A DNA stretch of 64,000 bases from an uncultured delta proteobacterium (GCA_963760795.1 CAVXEP010000006.1:32001-96000); one strand, 5' to 3'; shown: positions 10,419 to 21,430, counted from the first letter of the stretch. A program made the numbers and translations. The notes: a model not told the origin generated them from the sequence alone.

Positions 10419-10802
10419 GCCCACCATGCACAAAAAATAGCCCCGAGCTTGCTTTTCGGCGCTTATCGTTATGCCTTTCGCCCGTGGTGAAGGTTGATAA
10501 CAAAATCTTTGTCTTTCGCGTGCTGTATTTCGAACCGTTTCGGTTTTGAAGACGTTCATTATCCAGCGCTGTAGCTTTCTCGTGGCGATCCTTCATGGTG
10601 GGCGTAAGATTCTCGTCAGGGCGATTCGTCACGGCATTCGACGCGACAGCGCCTGTCCACAGTTTAAAAAGTTCCGATTTCTCTTGGGTGATTGTCTGAA
10701 ACTGCGGGTATTTCCATCAGCGATCTACGCTTCATGCTGTTCCCTTCATCTTCGGGCACTGGGCTAACGCTAGGTTGGATGACCGGGACAGGCTACGTTT
10801 AT

Positions 10803-11111
10803 TCACGAGATTCTCGGTGCGTCGATTGAGTCGAGTAGCAGTTTCGACTTGACCGCCAGCTCGATGACAGCGGCCTGTTGAGCCGAGATAGCATCCTTCC
10901 CGCCAAGGTTGCTAACCAGTTCCTTACGCCACTCCGCTAGCGCTCGCCCGGTTGCGGTACGCTTGTCTATCAGTCTGTTACCCAAGCCGTTGACGGCCCG
11001 CTTGAGCACAGTTAGTCCATGCGTTTGGGCGTTTTTGTTGCCGGGGCGCGCCCGTCGACTATGCTTTCGGACCGGCACCGGTTTGATTATGGTTTGATCG
11101 TCGTTAGCCAT
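10803..11111 (-). CDS. Phage/satellite-type small protein (terminase small subunit-like N-terminus), probably truncated
   Basis: ARPGNKNAQTHG motif followed by helical segments; ends abruptly. Confidence 0.5.
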   Translation of the reverse strand: MANDDQTIIKPVPVRKHSRRARPGNKNAQTHGLTVLKRAVNGLGNRLIDKRTATGRALAEWRKELVSNLGGKDAISAQQAAVIELAVKSKLLLDSIDAPRIS

Positions 11112-11234
11112 TGGGTACTTTTAAGCGACTTTACGGTTCCTGAGTCCTCTTATTTTCTGCTTAGATAGAACTTGCAAGTCGTTGCTAGCACTGGTCTCAC
11201 CGGGTTCAAACCCCGGGCCCGCAACCAAATAATT

Positions 11235-11259
11235 AAGGGGTCTTCACGGCCCCTTTTTT
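11235..11259 (+). terminator. Intrinsic terminator, copy 1
   Basis: AAGGGGTC-TTCAC-GGCCCCTTTTTT. Confidence 0.7.
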
Positions 11260-11355
11260 ATTTTCCCAGTCGCACCGCGCGTAATCGTCCGCGCCCAATC
11301 TTAGGCTTGTAGGCTTGCGTCGCCGCTCAAATCCCGGCCCCGCAACCAAATACTT

Positions 11356-11380
11356 AAGGGGTCTTCATGACCCCTTTTTT
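11356..11380 (+). terminator. Intrinsic terminator, copy 2
   Basis: AAGGGGTC-TTCAT-GACCCCTTTTTT. Confidence 0.75.
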
Positions 11381-11516
11381 ATTTTCTCCAGTTGCACCGC
11401 GCGCAATCTTCCGCGGCCATCCTGTAGGCTTGCGTCGCGGCCCAGAGCTGGTAAATTTCATGCAGCAAAGCTTTTCCAATTAGCATCGTCAATGTTACAG
11501 ACGAAACGATCGATCG

Positions 11517-12188
11517 ATGAACCACGCAACAAAGACAAATCGCGTCATAATTGCCGCATGGCTATGCGCTGTACTACTGCTCTGCTTCGGCCATCCGGCG
11601 TGGCCTTCGCGCCACTACACCGCCAAACAGATGGAAGCCTTGGCCAGCCGGGTGGGGCAGACTTTTTGGAGCCAACCGCTGGAAGGCAAGGGGCCAAGCT
11701 TCGCCACCGCGCCGGCAGCGACTGCCAAACTGGTTCGCGTCGATACGGTTGAGTCGTTTCAGATCTCGGCCCTGGTCGGACAAGCGGCCAAGAACCCCTA
11801 CTACAAAATCAAGCGCGAGAACGGCCAAGAAGGATTTATAAGCCCAGAGCAGTTTCTCGAAGCGTTAAATTTGACGATCGTCACCACCGATCCGGCCGCC
11901 GAAGAAAAGCGAAAAAGCGCCGAACTCACCGAGGCCGACAAGAAACGGGTCGAATGGATCCGCGCTCAGCCATGGTCGCCGGCGGTCAAAGAGGCGGCGA
12001 TCAAACGACAACCGGTTCCGGGATTGACCAGTTCCGAAATCAAACATGTCTTGGGGGCGCCAAGCCGGGTAACAAAAGTGCAAGGTCCGATCAAGGTCGC
12101 CGAAGAGCAGTGGCTTTACCCTGACGGCTCGGTGCTGATATTTCACAACGGGCTATTGAGTAAGGTCGAGCGGAAGGAAACCAAGTGA
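11517..12188 (+). CDS. Exported hypothetical protein with BamE/SmpA-like C-terminal motif
   Basis: Signal-peptide-like N-terminus; GLTSSEIKHVLGAP...EQWLY motif. Confidence 0.7.
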   Translation: MNHATKTNRVIIAAWLCAVLLLCFGHPAWPSRHYTAKQMEALASRVGQTFWSQPLEGKGPSFATAPAATAKLVRVDTVESFQISALVGQAAKNPYYKIKRENGQEGFISPEQFLEALNLTIVTTDPAAEEKRKSAELTEADKKRVEWIRAQPWSPAVKEAAIKRQPVPGLTSSEIKHVLGAPSRVTKVQGPIKVAEEQWLYPDGSVLIFHNGLLSKVERKETK

Positions 12189-12211
12189 TCCATCTAATGG
12201 GAAATAGTTTT

Positions 12212-12285
12212 TCACAACGTAGGACATGAAGAGCACGAAGTTCGGAGATTTGGTCATCTGAACACTTCGTGACCTTCGTGGTGAG
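12212..12285. repeat. CACGAAG/CTTCGTG palindromic element between convergent genes
   Basis: tcacaacg..catgaagagcacgaag / cttcgtgaccttcgtggtgag. Confidence 0.75.
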
Positions 12286-12325
12286 TTACTCCCCCGATAA
12301 ACTACCAACAGCGTGAGACACTCCA

Positions 12326-12829
12326 CTAGAGACGGAGCTTCTTAAGTTTATCCTGGCGCTTGCGCTCCGCTTTTGACAGCCGGTTTGTCCCGCCGCGAGC
12401 GGCTTGGCGATCCTGCCAATCGTCAAACTCATCCGCGCCACCGGGAAAGTCCAGCTCTTGCAAGATCTCGCTAAACTCCTGGGCGTGAATCGCTACCGCG
12501 CCGAAGCGTTCCACGGCGTTGCGAATTTCGCGATCCGACGACACCACCACCGCGCCGCTGTTTTTTTCCCGGGCCAGACGAATGACCACGGCATCGGCCT
12601 TTTCACCCAAGCGCGAATAGACAATCGCAATACCATCTTGGGCGAGACGAGTTTCGCTGGCGGAACCTGAGCGCCAACCATCGAACACCACTGTCAGATT
12701 CATCGGCTTCGCTTGGCGGTAACGAATTAAATAATTGATAAGAGAATTGCGGCTCTGTTCCAGCCCGCGATCCAAACGCTTTTCAAGCGCGAGTAAGTTG
12801 TAGCCATCGATAATCAGGTCCATAGTCAA
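12326..12829 (-). CDS. NYN domain ribonuclease (YacP/Rae1-like)
   Basis: LIIDGYNLL, VVFDG, EKADAVV, VVSSDREI. Confidence 0.88.
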   Translation of the reverse strand: MTMDLIIDGYNLLALEKRLDRGLEQSRNSLINYLIRYRQAKPMNLTVVFDGWRSGSASETRLAQDGIAIVYSRLGEKADAVVIRLAREKNSGAVVVSSDREIRNAVERFGAVAIHAQEFSEILQELDFPGGADEFDDWQDRQAARGGTNRLSKAERKRQDKLKKLRL

Positions 12830-12943
12830 CCCATCCTAACGACTTCTCGCAACTATGGCAAAAACGGGAATAATCGAGACAGTTGTCAAAACGACAAAAA
12901 ACAGGTAAAACCAGTTCGATTTTCTAACGGAGGATCGTGAGCA

Positions 12944-14116
12944 TTGTCCCTAACCATTAAAAAAGCCAAACGAATCAACGATTTACCACCTTACCTCTTT
13001 GCTGAAATCGACCGCCGCAAACGTGAAGCTCTGAGCCGTGGGGTCGACCTCATCGATCTTGGCATCGGAGATCCCGATATCCCGACCCCGGCAACCGTCG
13101 TCGAGAAACTGCTTGAAGGCGCCAGCCGGCCGGTCAACCATCGCTATCCCAACAGCTCGGGAATGGCGGAATTCCGCCAGGCGGTATCGACTTGGTATAA
13201 ATCCCGCTTCGGCGTTACTCTGGACCCGGGCAAAGAGGTCTGCTCGTTAATCGGCTCGAAAGAAGGGATCGGCAACATGGCGGTGGCCTTCGTCGATCCC
13301 GGCGACATCGTCCTGGTTTCGAGTCCCTGTTATCCGGTCTATCATATCGGCACCGCGTTCAATGGCGGCAAGAATTATTTCCTGCCATTGAAGAAAGAGA
13401 ATCACTTCCTGCCGGACCTGGACGCGATCCCAGCCGACGTGGCCAAGCAAGCCAAATTGCTCTGGATCAATTATCCGAACAATCCAACTGCCGCAGTCGC
13501 CGACAAAGATTTTTACCAGCGGGTGGTCGCCTTCGCCAACAAGTATAACGTCATCGTCTGTCACGATGCCGCCTATACCGAGATGGGTTACGACGGTTAT
13601 CGTCCGATGAGCTTTCTCGAAGTCGACGGCGCCCGCGAAGTCGGTATCGAATTTCACTCGCTGTCGAAGACCTTCAACATGACCGGCTGGCGCATCGGCA
13701 TGGCGGTGGGCAATCCGGAAATTGTCGGCGGCTTGGCTCAAGCTAAATCTAATCTCGATTCGGGTATCTTCCAGGCGGTGCAAGAGGCCGGCATCGAGGC
13801 GCTCCGCCTGGGCGACCAAATCGTCGAGCCGTCGCGCAAGATTTACCAGGAACGCCGCGATATCTTAGTCGATGGTTTGCGGGCCGTCGGTCTCGAGTGC
13901 GAAAAGCCCAAGGCGACGTTTTACGTCTGGGTGAGCTGTCCCAAAGGACTTTCGTCCGCCGACTTCACCAGTAAACTGCTCGACGAGGCCGGCGTGGTCA
14001 CGACCCCCGGCAATGGTTTCGGTGAAGCCGGTGAGGGCTATGTCCGTTTTACCGTGTGCGTCGATAAAGAACGGCTCCGGGAGGTAGCGGAAAGGATTCG
14101 CCGCGTCAAGCTCTAG
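12944..14116 (+). CDS. dapL: LL-diaminopimelate aminotransferase
   Basis: LPPYLFAEID, DLGIGDPD, GSKEGI, NYPNNPT, HDAAY, FHSLSKTFNMTGWRIG. Confidence 0.9.
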   Translation: MSLTIKKAKRINDLPPYLFAEIDRRKREALSRGVDLIDLGIGDPDIPTPATVVEKLLEGASRPVNHRYPNSSGMAEFRQAVSTWYKSRFGVTLDPGKEVCSLIGSKEGIGNMAVAFVDPGDIVLVSSPCYPVYHIGTAFNGGKNYFLPLKKENHFLPDLDAIPADVAKQAKLLWINYPNNPTAAVADKDFYQRVVAFANKYNVIVCHDAAYTEMGYDGYRPMSFLEVDGAREVGIEFHSLSKTFNMTGWRIGMAVGNPEIVGGLAQAKSNLDSGIFQAVQEAGIEALRLGDQIVEPSRKIYQERRDILVDGLRAVGLECEKPKATFYVWVSCPKGLSSADFTSKLLDEAGVVTTPGNGFGEAGEGYVRFTVCVDKERLREVAERIRRVKL

Positions 14117-14139
14117 CACGGCGTTTCCCAGACGGCACC

Positions 14140-14643
14140 ATGGCCAGCGTCATCACCCATCAAGTCTACATCGGCGTCGGCTCCAATGTCGGCAACAAGC
14201 GGGAGAACTTTTTTGAAGCCGTGGAGCGCGTCGGCAAACTGCCCGACACTCGAGTAATCAAAGAATCCTCGCTCTACGAAAGCGAACCGCTGGGCGACGC
14301 CAAAGAATGGTACGTCAACGGCGCTATCGAAATCGAAACCAAATTCAAACCGGAAGCGCTGCTCGAAAAGTTCAAAAACATCGAGCGGGTCATGGGGCGC
14401 AAGAAGGTGAAGAAGCGCTGGGGCGCAAGAATTATCGATCTCGATATATTGCTATTCGATCTCGCGGTGGTGAAGAAAAAGAACCTGCGTGTGCCTCACC
14501 CGGAGATGGCCAGCCGCAAGTTTGTGCTGATCCCGTTGAGCGAGATCGCACCGCAGGTGATCCATCCCGAACTCGGCGTCACCATTTCCGAACTGCTGAT
14601 CAACGTCAAAGACGACAAGAAGATTCATCTCTATCATGTCTGA
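14140..14643 (+). CDS. folK: 2-amino-4-hydroxy-6-hydroxymethyldihydropteridine diphosphokinase
   Basis: YIGVGSNVG, SSLYESEP, WGARIIDLDIL, LRVPHP. Confidence 0.93.
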   Translation: MASVITHQVYIGVGSNVGNKRENFFEAVERVGKLPDTRVIKESSLYESEPLGDAKEWYVNGAIEIETKFKPEALLEKFKNIERVMGRKKVKKRWGARIIDLDILLFDLAVVKKKNLRVPHPEMASRKFVLIPLSEIAPQVIHPELGVTISELLINVKDDKKIHLYHV

Positions 14644-14675
14644 GGCAGCACCTCCGCCCTCGAGCTAGGAGCAAC

Positions 14676-14903
14676 ATGACCCTGCTCCGCCTGCTGTTTC
14701 TTTGCATCGTCATCTATATCATCTATTCGGCGCTTAAGCCGCTGCTCCGCGGCGGCAAGAAACCGGCTGACCCGGCGCGACTCGGCGAGGATATGGTGCT
14801 CGATCCGCAATGCCAAGCCTATGTGGCCAAATCGGCAGCCGTGGCGCGCCAAGGAAAGTATTTTTGCAGCGAAGAATGCGCGCGGCGCTATCTAACCGGC
14901 TAG
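14676..14903 (+). CDS. Small membrane-anchored TRASH/YHS-like metal-binding protein
   Basis: AGGAG RBS; TM helix then MVLDPQC...YFCSEEC. Confidence 0.75.
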   Translation: MTLLRLLFLCIVIYIIYSALKPLLRGGKKPADPARLGEDMVLDPQCQAYVAKSAAVARQGKYFCSEECARRYLTG

Positions 14904-16307
14904 GGCTTGGAGAATCTTGTCGTGGACACCGTCGAAGCCGCCGTTGGACATCACGAGCAGCACGTCCCCTGCCCGGCACTGGCGCGCGACATGCTCAGCG
15001 ATGGCCGACGAGTCGGCAATCGTCAGCGCCCGCTCAGCACCGCCAATGCGGTTAATTTCGCCAATCAGATCTGCAACCGACAAGCGTTGCTCTTCGGGAA
15101 CGCGCTCAGGCTGGAAGACGCCGGCAACAATGGTTTTGTCGGCCAGGGCCAGCGCCGCAGCGAACTCTTTTTTAAAAACATTGCGCTTGCTGGTATTGCT
15201 GCGCGGCTCGAAGATCGCCCAGAGCCTGCGGCCGGCATAGGCGCCGCGCACCGCGTCGATGGTTTCGCGCACCGCGGTCGGATGATGGGCGAAGTCGTCG
15301 ATCACCGTCACACCGCGCATGGCGCCGCGCACTTCTTGGCGCCGCTTGACCCCTTTGAAAGTACTAAAGCCTTCCCGTAGTTTTTCGCCGGCGATGTCCA
15401 TGGTTCGGCCCATGGCGTAGACCGCCAAAGCATTTTTGACGTTATGAAGGCCGATGACCGCCGCCTCGATCAAACCTTCAGATCGACCCTTGAAACAGGG
15501 TTCGAAAAAGCTTCGTCCCTGGTCGAACTTAACATTTTGGGCGGTCCAATCACCGGACTCGCCATAGGTTGCCGACGGCGCTTTCACCGCACGGCTTAGC
15601 GCAAGCGCGTCAGGATAGTCGCTGCAAACCAGTAATGATCCATCCGCCGGAATAATGTCGACAAGTTTGGCGAAAGCACTCTTCACATGGTCGAGGTCGC
15701 GGTAAATATCGGCGTGGTCGAACTCGACGCTGGTCAGGATGACATGCCGGGGCCGGTAGTGAAGAAACTTCGGCCCCTTGTCAAAAAATGCCGTGTCATA
15801 CTCGTCGCCTTCGATCACCACATGCTCACCCGTGCCGGCGTTCCAGCCACTGCCAAAGTTTAGCGGCACGCCGCCGACGAAGAAACCGGGATCGAGTCCG
15901 GCGCTGGTCAGCACCCAAGCGGCCAAAGCGCTAGTGGTGGTCTTTCCATGGGTGCCGGCGACCACCAGCGAACTGCGCGTGCCAATCAGAAAGCGGCCCA
16001 GCGCCTGGGGGAACGAAATATGATCGATGCCTTGGTTCAGCACCACTTCGGCTTCGGGATTATTGCGCGACACCGCGTTGCCGATAACCACGAGATCGGG
16101 ACGCGGCACGAGATGCTCGGCACGATAGCCGGCGAGCACGTCAATGCCGATGTCGGCCAAGTACGTGCTCATCGGCGGGTAAATATTTTGATCCGAACCG
16201 GTGACGCGATAGCCACGCGCCTTCAGTAGCCCAGCCAGTGAGGCCATGCCGACGCCGCAGATCGCGGTCAAATGAATATGGCTACCAGCGGGCGGCAGAT
16301 CGCTCAT
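14892..16307 (-). CDS. mpl: Murein tripeptide ligase
   Basis: ICGVGM, GSDQNIYPPMS, AGTHGKTTT, EGDEYDTAFFDK, DDFAHHPTA, FEPRSN, MSNGGF. Confidence 0.93.
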   Translation of the reverse strand: MSDLPPAGSHIHLTAICGVGMASLAGLLKARGYRVTGSDQNIYPPMSTYLADIGIDVLAGYRAEHLVPRPDLVVIGNAVSRNNPEAEVVLNQGIDHISFPQALGRFLIGTRSSLVVAGTHGKTTTSALAAWVLTSAGLDPGFFVGGVPLNFGSGWNAGTGEHVVIEGDEYDTAFFDKGPKFLHYRPRHVILTSVEFDHADIYRDLDHVKSAFAKLVDIIPADGSLLVCSDYPDALALSRAVKAPSATYGESGDWTAQNVKFDQGRSFFEPCFKGRSEGLIEAAVIGLHNVKNALAVYAMGRTMDIAGEKLREGFSTFKGVKRRQEVRGAMRGVTVIDDFAHHPTAVRETIDAVRGAYAGRRLWAIFEPRSNTSKRNVFKKEFAAALALADKTIVAGVFQPERVPEEQRLSVADLIGEINRIGGAERALTIADSSAIAEHVARQCRAGDVLLVMSNGGFDGVHDKILQALAG

Positions 16308-17476
16308 GGGAAAAGCGCCTTCATAATCAGGTCGTGTACTTGGGGACGGAAGTCGCGAATCTTTTCATTCTTACGGCTTGGGTGCACCCGGTTGGTCAAT
16401 AGGATGACATGACAGTTCTTGTCGAGATCCCACCACATCGAGCAGCCGGTGAAACCGAGATGGCCCACCGACCGGGACGAAAACAGCGTGCCGCTCGACG
16501 AATTGGCCGGCGACGGCGTGTCCCAGCCCAAAGCATAGGTCGAGTTCGGCACCGAAGTATCCTTGGTCAAAAATTCTTGCATCACCGACTGCGGCAAGAA
16601 ATCGTCCTTGCCGTGCAGACAGCGGTTCATGCGCAGGAGAAAAGTATGCACGTCGCGGGCTGAAGAAAACAGCCCGGCATGGCCGCACACTCCGCCCATG
16701 GCGTAGGCGTTGTCGTCATGGACTTCGCCGCAAAGAATTTTTTTGCGCCACGGACAGTTCTCGGTGGGCGCGATCATCGCTTCCACCGGTTGGAGCCGGC
16801 GTTTGCGCAGCTCGGTAAGATCGACAAAGCCAGTGGAACGAAGTCCGAGGGGTTTAAAGATGCGCTCCTGGCAGAAACGGTCGAGGCCATTGCTGGTGAT
16901 GGTTTCGACGGCCTCGGCCAACACCATAAATCCAAGATCGCTATAGAGCGCCTGGGCGCCGGGCGCGCTCAGCGGCTTGTCACGGTGAATTTGCTCCAAC
17001 ACATAACTTTTCGCCGCGCGGCTTGCGAAAAAGTTGATCCGCCCGGCCTTTTCCATTTTGACGATTTCCTCATGGTAGGGCTTCCACGCCGCCAGACCGG
17101 ACGAGTGGTTGAGTAGTTGGCGAAACGTCGTGAGGTTTTTGCCGAACACGCCGAACGTGGGAATGATGCGGGTGAGTTTATCGTCGATGCGCAGCTTGGC
17201 TTCGCGCACCAGCAACATGATCGCCACCGTAGTCGCCATCGGTTTGGTGAGCGAGGCGAGATCGAACGTGGTATCGGTCTGCATCGGGCTCTTCTGCGGT
17301 AGCAACGAGCGATAGCCGAACGTCTTCTCAAAGACCACCTGCTCGTCCTTGCATACCAACACCACCGCGCCGGGAAAGACTCCTTGAGTCACCGCTTCGT
17401 TGAAGGCGTTCTCGACCGGTTGAAAATCCATGACCATAAAATTTTGCGTATCGAAGTATGCCGTGGACGTTGACAC
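16304..17476 (-). CDS. Serine hydrolase (beta-lactamase class C / PBP-like fold)
   Basis: FDLASLTK (SxxK), LLNHSSG, YSD, VHDDNA, GHAGLF, HLGFTG, LTNRVHP. Confidence 0.88.
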   Translation of the reverse strand: MSTSTAYFDTQNFMVMDFQPVENAFNEAVTQGVFPGAVVLVCKDEQVVFEKTFGYRSLLPQKSPMQTDTTFDLASLTKPMATTVAIMLLVREAKLRIDDKLTRIIPTFGVFGKNLTTFRQLLNHSSGLAAWKPYHEEIVKMEKAGRINFFASRAAKSYVLEQIHRDKPLSAPGAQALYSDLGFMVLAEAVETITSNGLDRFCQERIFKPLGLRSTGFVDLTELRKRRLQPVEAMIAPTENCPWRKKILCGEVHDDNAYAMGGVCGHAGLFSSARDVHTFLLRMNRCLHGKDDFLPQSVMQEFLTKDTSVPNSTYALGWDTPSPANSSSGTLFSSRSVGHLGFTGCSMWWDLDKNCHVILLTNRVHPSRKNEKIRDFRPQVHDLIMKALFP

Positions 17477-17500
17477 GCGCCGCGGCTGAGCGCAGCGCTG

Positions 17501-18409
17501 CTACAAAACCGGCGACTCAAGCATTTCCAAGGTTGCGCCGTCGCCATCCAGGCGCATCTTGACGCCAAAGGGGATGGCAAAATTCTCCTCGCCGTGACCG
17601 GCTGGCAGCCCCATCACCACCGGATAGGGCGCATGACCGAATATGTCGCCGACCACCGCGCGGACATCGCGCGGTCCCTGATCCGCACAAAGTGTGAAAT
17701 CACCAAACACTACGCCAGCCAGATGGTCAAGCTTGCCGGCCATCTTGAGGTGCATGAGCATGCGTTCGACGCGGTAGGGCGCTTCGCCAACATCTTCAAG
17801 AAACAGGATTTTGCCACGGCTGTCGATCTCGTAGGCGGTTCCCAGCGTGGTCACAAGCATCGATAAACAACCGCCGGTCATCTCCGCCTCGACCTGGCCG
17901 GGCCGCAGGGTTTCACCCAAAGCGATTTTCCAGGCGCGCTTGCGGCCGCTCAACATACCCCAAAAATGCTCCTGACTCCGGTCGCTCAAGCCGCGGGCCA
18001 GGTCGGTCGCCACCATCGGACCGTGGATCGTCACCATGCCGCAGCGGCGGCGCAGCCAGTTGAGCAGGATCGTAATATCGCTATAACCGACGAAGAGCTT
18101 GGGATGCTTTCCGAGGTCTAGACCCAAGTATTCGAGTGTTTGGATCGAACCGAAGCCGCCACGGGCACAGAAGATCGCGGCAATATCGCTGCGGCGAAAA
18201 AAATTGGCTAGGTCTCGTCCACGATCGGCAGCGGCGCCGGCCAGATAGCCGTTGTTTTGGTAAATGCCAGGCGCCAGTTCCACGTTGTAGCCCTGAGCTT
18301 CGATGGCGGCAACCCCGGCCAGCAGCGACCCCGGCTCCACACAGCCTGCTGGCGCGACCACGCCAATGCGGGCTCCCGGCGTCAATGGCGGCGGCTTATG
18401 CACAGTCAA
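17501..18409 (-). CDS. ldcA: LD-carboxypeptidase (peptidase S66)
   Basis: IGVVAPA, ARGGFGS, GYSDIT, HGPM, FLEDVGE, GHG. Confidence 0.9.
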   Translation of the reverse strand: MTVHKPPPLTPGARIGVVAPAGCVEPGSLLAGVAAIEAQGYNVELAPGIYQNNGYLAGAAADRGRDLANFFRRSDIAAIFCARGGFGSIQTLEYLGLDLGKHPKLFVGYSDITILLNWLRRRCGMVTIHGPMVATDLARGLSDRSQEHFWGMLSGRKRAWKIALGETLRPGQVEAEMTGGCLSMLVTTLGTAYEIDSRGKILFLEDVGEAPYRVERMLMHLKMAGKLDHLAGVVFGDFTLCADQGPRDVRAVVGDIFGHAPYPVVMGLPAGHGEENFAIPFGVKMRLDGDGATLEMLESPVL

Positions 18410-18686
18410 GAGAGTTCTCCACAGCCTGAATGGATGGTTCGTCTGACAAGCCGGCCGCTCCCTGTGGATAACTTCCGAATGAAAACCGGATGGTAGCCAT
18501 TGCGATTGCTCATCTTCGCAAAAAACCTGCCTATGTACAAGAATTTAACCGCGCCGGCGCGCGCTTAGCGGCAATTGCCGCAAGGTAATTGACATCAAAT
18601 CGCAGGCTCGGTAAAACTTCCAAAGGTCGTGCACGAATACCGGGAGAGCCACCGGTTCACGACAGGTTCCTCACAGATTATGCACA
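18396..18686. promoter_or_regulatory. Cluster of DnaA boxes
   Basis: TTATGCACA 18396, TTCTCCACA 18415, TGTGGATAA 18463, TTCCTCACA 18667, TTATGCACA 18678; three match TTATNCACA exactly. Confidence 0.6.
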
Positions 18687-18690
18687 GCCC

Positions 18691-18966
18691 ATGAAGATCA
18701 AACCCGAACAGCTCGATCGCCTGGCGGGGCAGCTCGTCGCCAGCTATCGAAAAAAAGACTTGATCGTCAGTAAAGCTAGCGATGCCGAACTCAAGGCCAG
18801 AGTCGTCGAAGCGATCAACCGCAACTTCGCCGAAGAGGAAGCGATCGAGGAAGAAGCCCGTAAGATGTTGGCCAGTTTCGCCCAAGCCAGCAGAGACATG
18901 GACCCTTTCAAGATGTTCTTGCTCGCCAAACAGAAGCTCGCGGCCAAGAAAGGCTTCATCCTATGA
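18691..18966 (+). CDS. DUF507 family protein
   Basis: MKIKPEQLDRLA...EEEARKML...KQKLAAKKGFIL. Confidence 0.8.
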   Translation: MKIKPEQLDRLAGQLVASYRKKDLIVSKASDAELKARVVEAINRNFAEEEAIEEEARKMLASFAQASRDMDPFKMFLLAKQKLAAKKGFIL

Positions 18967-19237
18967 GCCGGCTGTCGGAGAGCCGCATTTCTCACTTAGC
19001 CCATCTCGTGCTCGAGAGCTTGAGCAAGGGCAAATTGGCCGAATTCCCTAGCGACGGCCGTTCCCTCACCGAGACCAAGCTTATTCTCCAGGAGTTTTTC
19101 CACTTTGAGGACCAAGTCGACGATGCGGTGCGCCAGAAGATCGCATCCCTGTCCCGGCTGTGCCACCCGGCAGCCGGGAATGGGATGTGCTGTACCGCAA
19201 GTACCATGAGGACGAGTCCCGTAAGCATCGCCGGTAG
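18963..19237 (+). CDS. DUF507 family protein (paralogue; frameshift near 19158)
   Basis: MSRLSESRISHLAH..., continues in another frame as VPPGSREWDVLYRKYHEDE...*; ATGA overlap with previous gene. Confidence 0.8.
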
Positions 19238-19291
19238 CGTGCAACCCGCCGAACGCGCTTGATATCTATGAGAATTTTCCCAAACAAAACC

Positions 19292-19319
19292 TTGACATCG
19301 AAAGATTGATGCTTAGATT
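19292..19319 (+). promoter_or_regulatory. Putative sigma70 promoter of groESL
   Basis: TTGACA-N16-TAGATT. Confidence 0.45.
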
Positions 19320-19424
19320 CACCCCGCTCTAGTTTGTCCTCGGCCCTGCGTCGGCGGCGCCAATTAGCAGCAAACTACTTTTAAATCAGTCAGTTAAATT
19401 CAACCGCTTGAAAGGAGGCGCGCA

Positions 19425-19715
19425 GTGAAAATAAGGCCTTTACAGGACCGGGTTATTGTCAAACGCATCGCCGAGGAGGAGAAAAGCAAGGGTGGTATCA
19501 TTATCCCCGACACGGCTAAAGAAAAGCCGCAGGAAGGGAAAGTGGTCGCCGTCGGCAAAGGTAAAGTGAACGACGACGGCAAGATTACCCCTCTCGATGT
19601 CAAAGTGAATGACCGTATCCTATTTGGAAAATACTCCGGCACGGAAATCAATGTTGACGGCGACGAGCATCTGATCATGCGCGAGGACGACATCCTCGGC
19701 GTTATCGAAAAATAA
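19425..19715 (+). CDS. groES: Co-chaperonin GroES
   Basis: [25 protein letters not shown]; AGGAGG RBS. Confidence 0.98.
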   Translation: MKIRPLQDRVIVKRIAEEEKSKGGIIIPDTAKEKPQEGKVVAVGKGKVNDDGKITPLDVKVNDRILFGKYSGTEINVDGDEHLIMREDDILGVIEK

Positions 19716-19719
19716 TTAA

Positions 19720-21411
<1,692 letters not shown>

Positions 21412-21430
21412 CTCTGGTTTGAATTAGCCC

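Larger units (their letters stand above)
8335..11227. mobile_element. Small genomic island / prophage or satellite remnant at tRNA-fMet, no integrase
   Basis: tRNA 3' end repeated at 11200-11227 (ccgggttcaaaccccgggcccgcaacca); interior is visibly more AT-rich and carries orphan ORFs. Confidence 0.8.
11200..11438 (+). repeat. Tandem ~120 bp duplication of tRNA 3' end + terminator + downstream sequence (attR region)
   Basis: Units ~11206-11323 and 11327-11438 both read tcaaa..cccgcaaccaaata..aaggggtcttca..cccctttttt..gcaccgcgcg..tgtaggcttgcgtcgc. Confidence 0.9.

Noticed and set aside
16304-17476. Beta-lactam resistance gene
   Set aside because: Only the fold is shared; no signal peptide and it lies in a recycling operon
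19360-19400. CIRCE operator upstream of groES
   Set aside because: Only TTAGCA matches; there is no TTAGCACTC-N9-GAGTGCTAA inverted repeat
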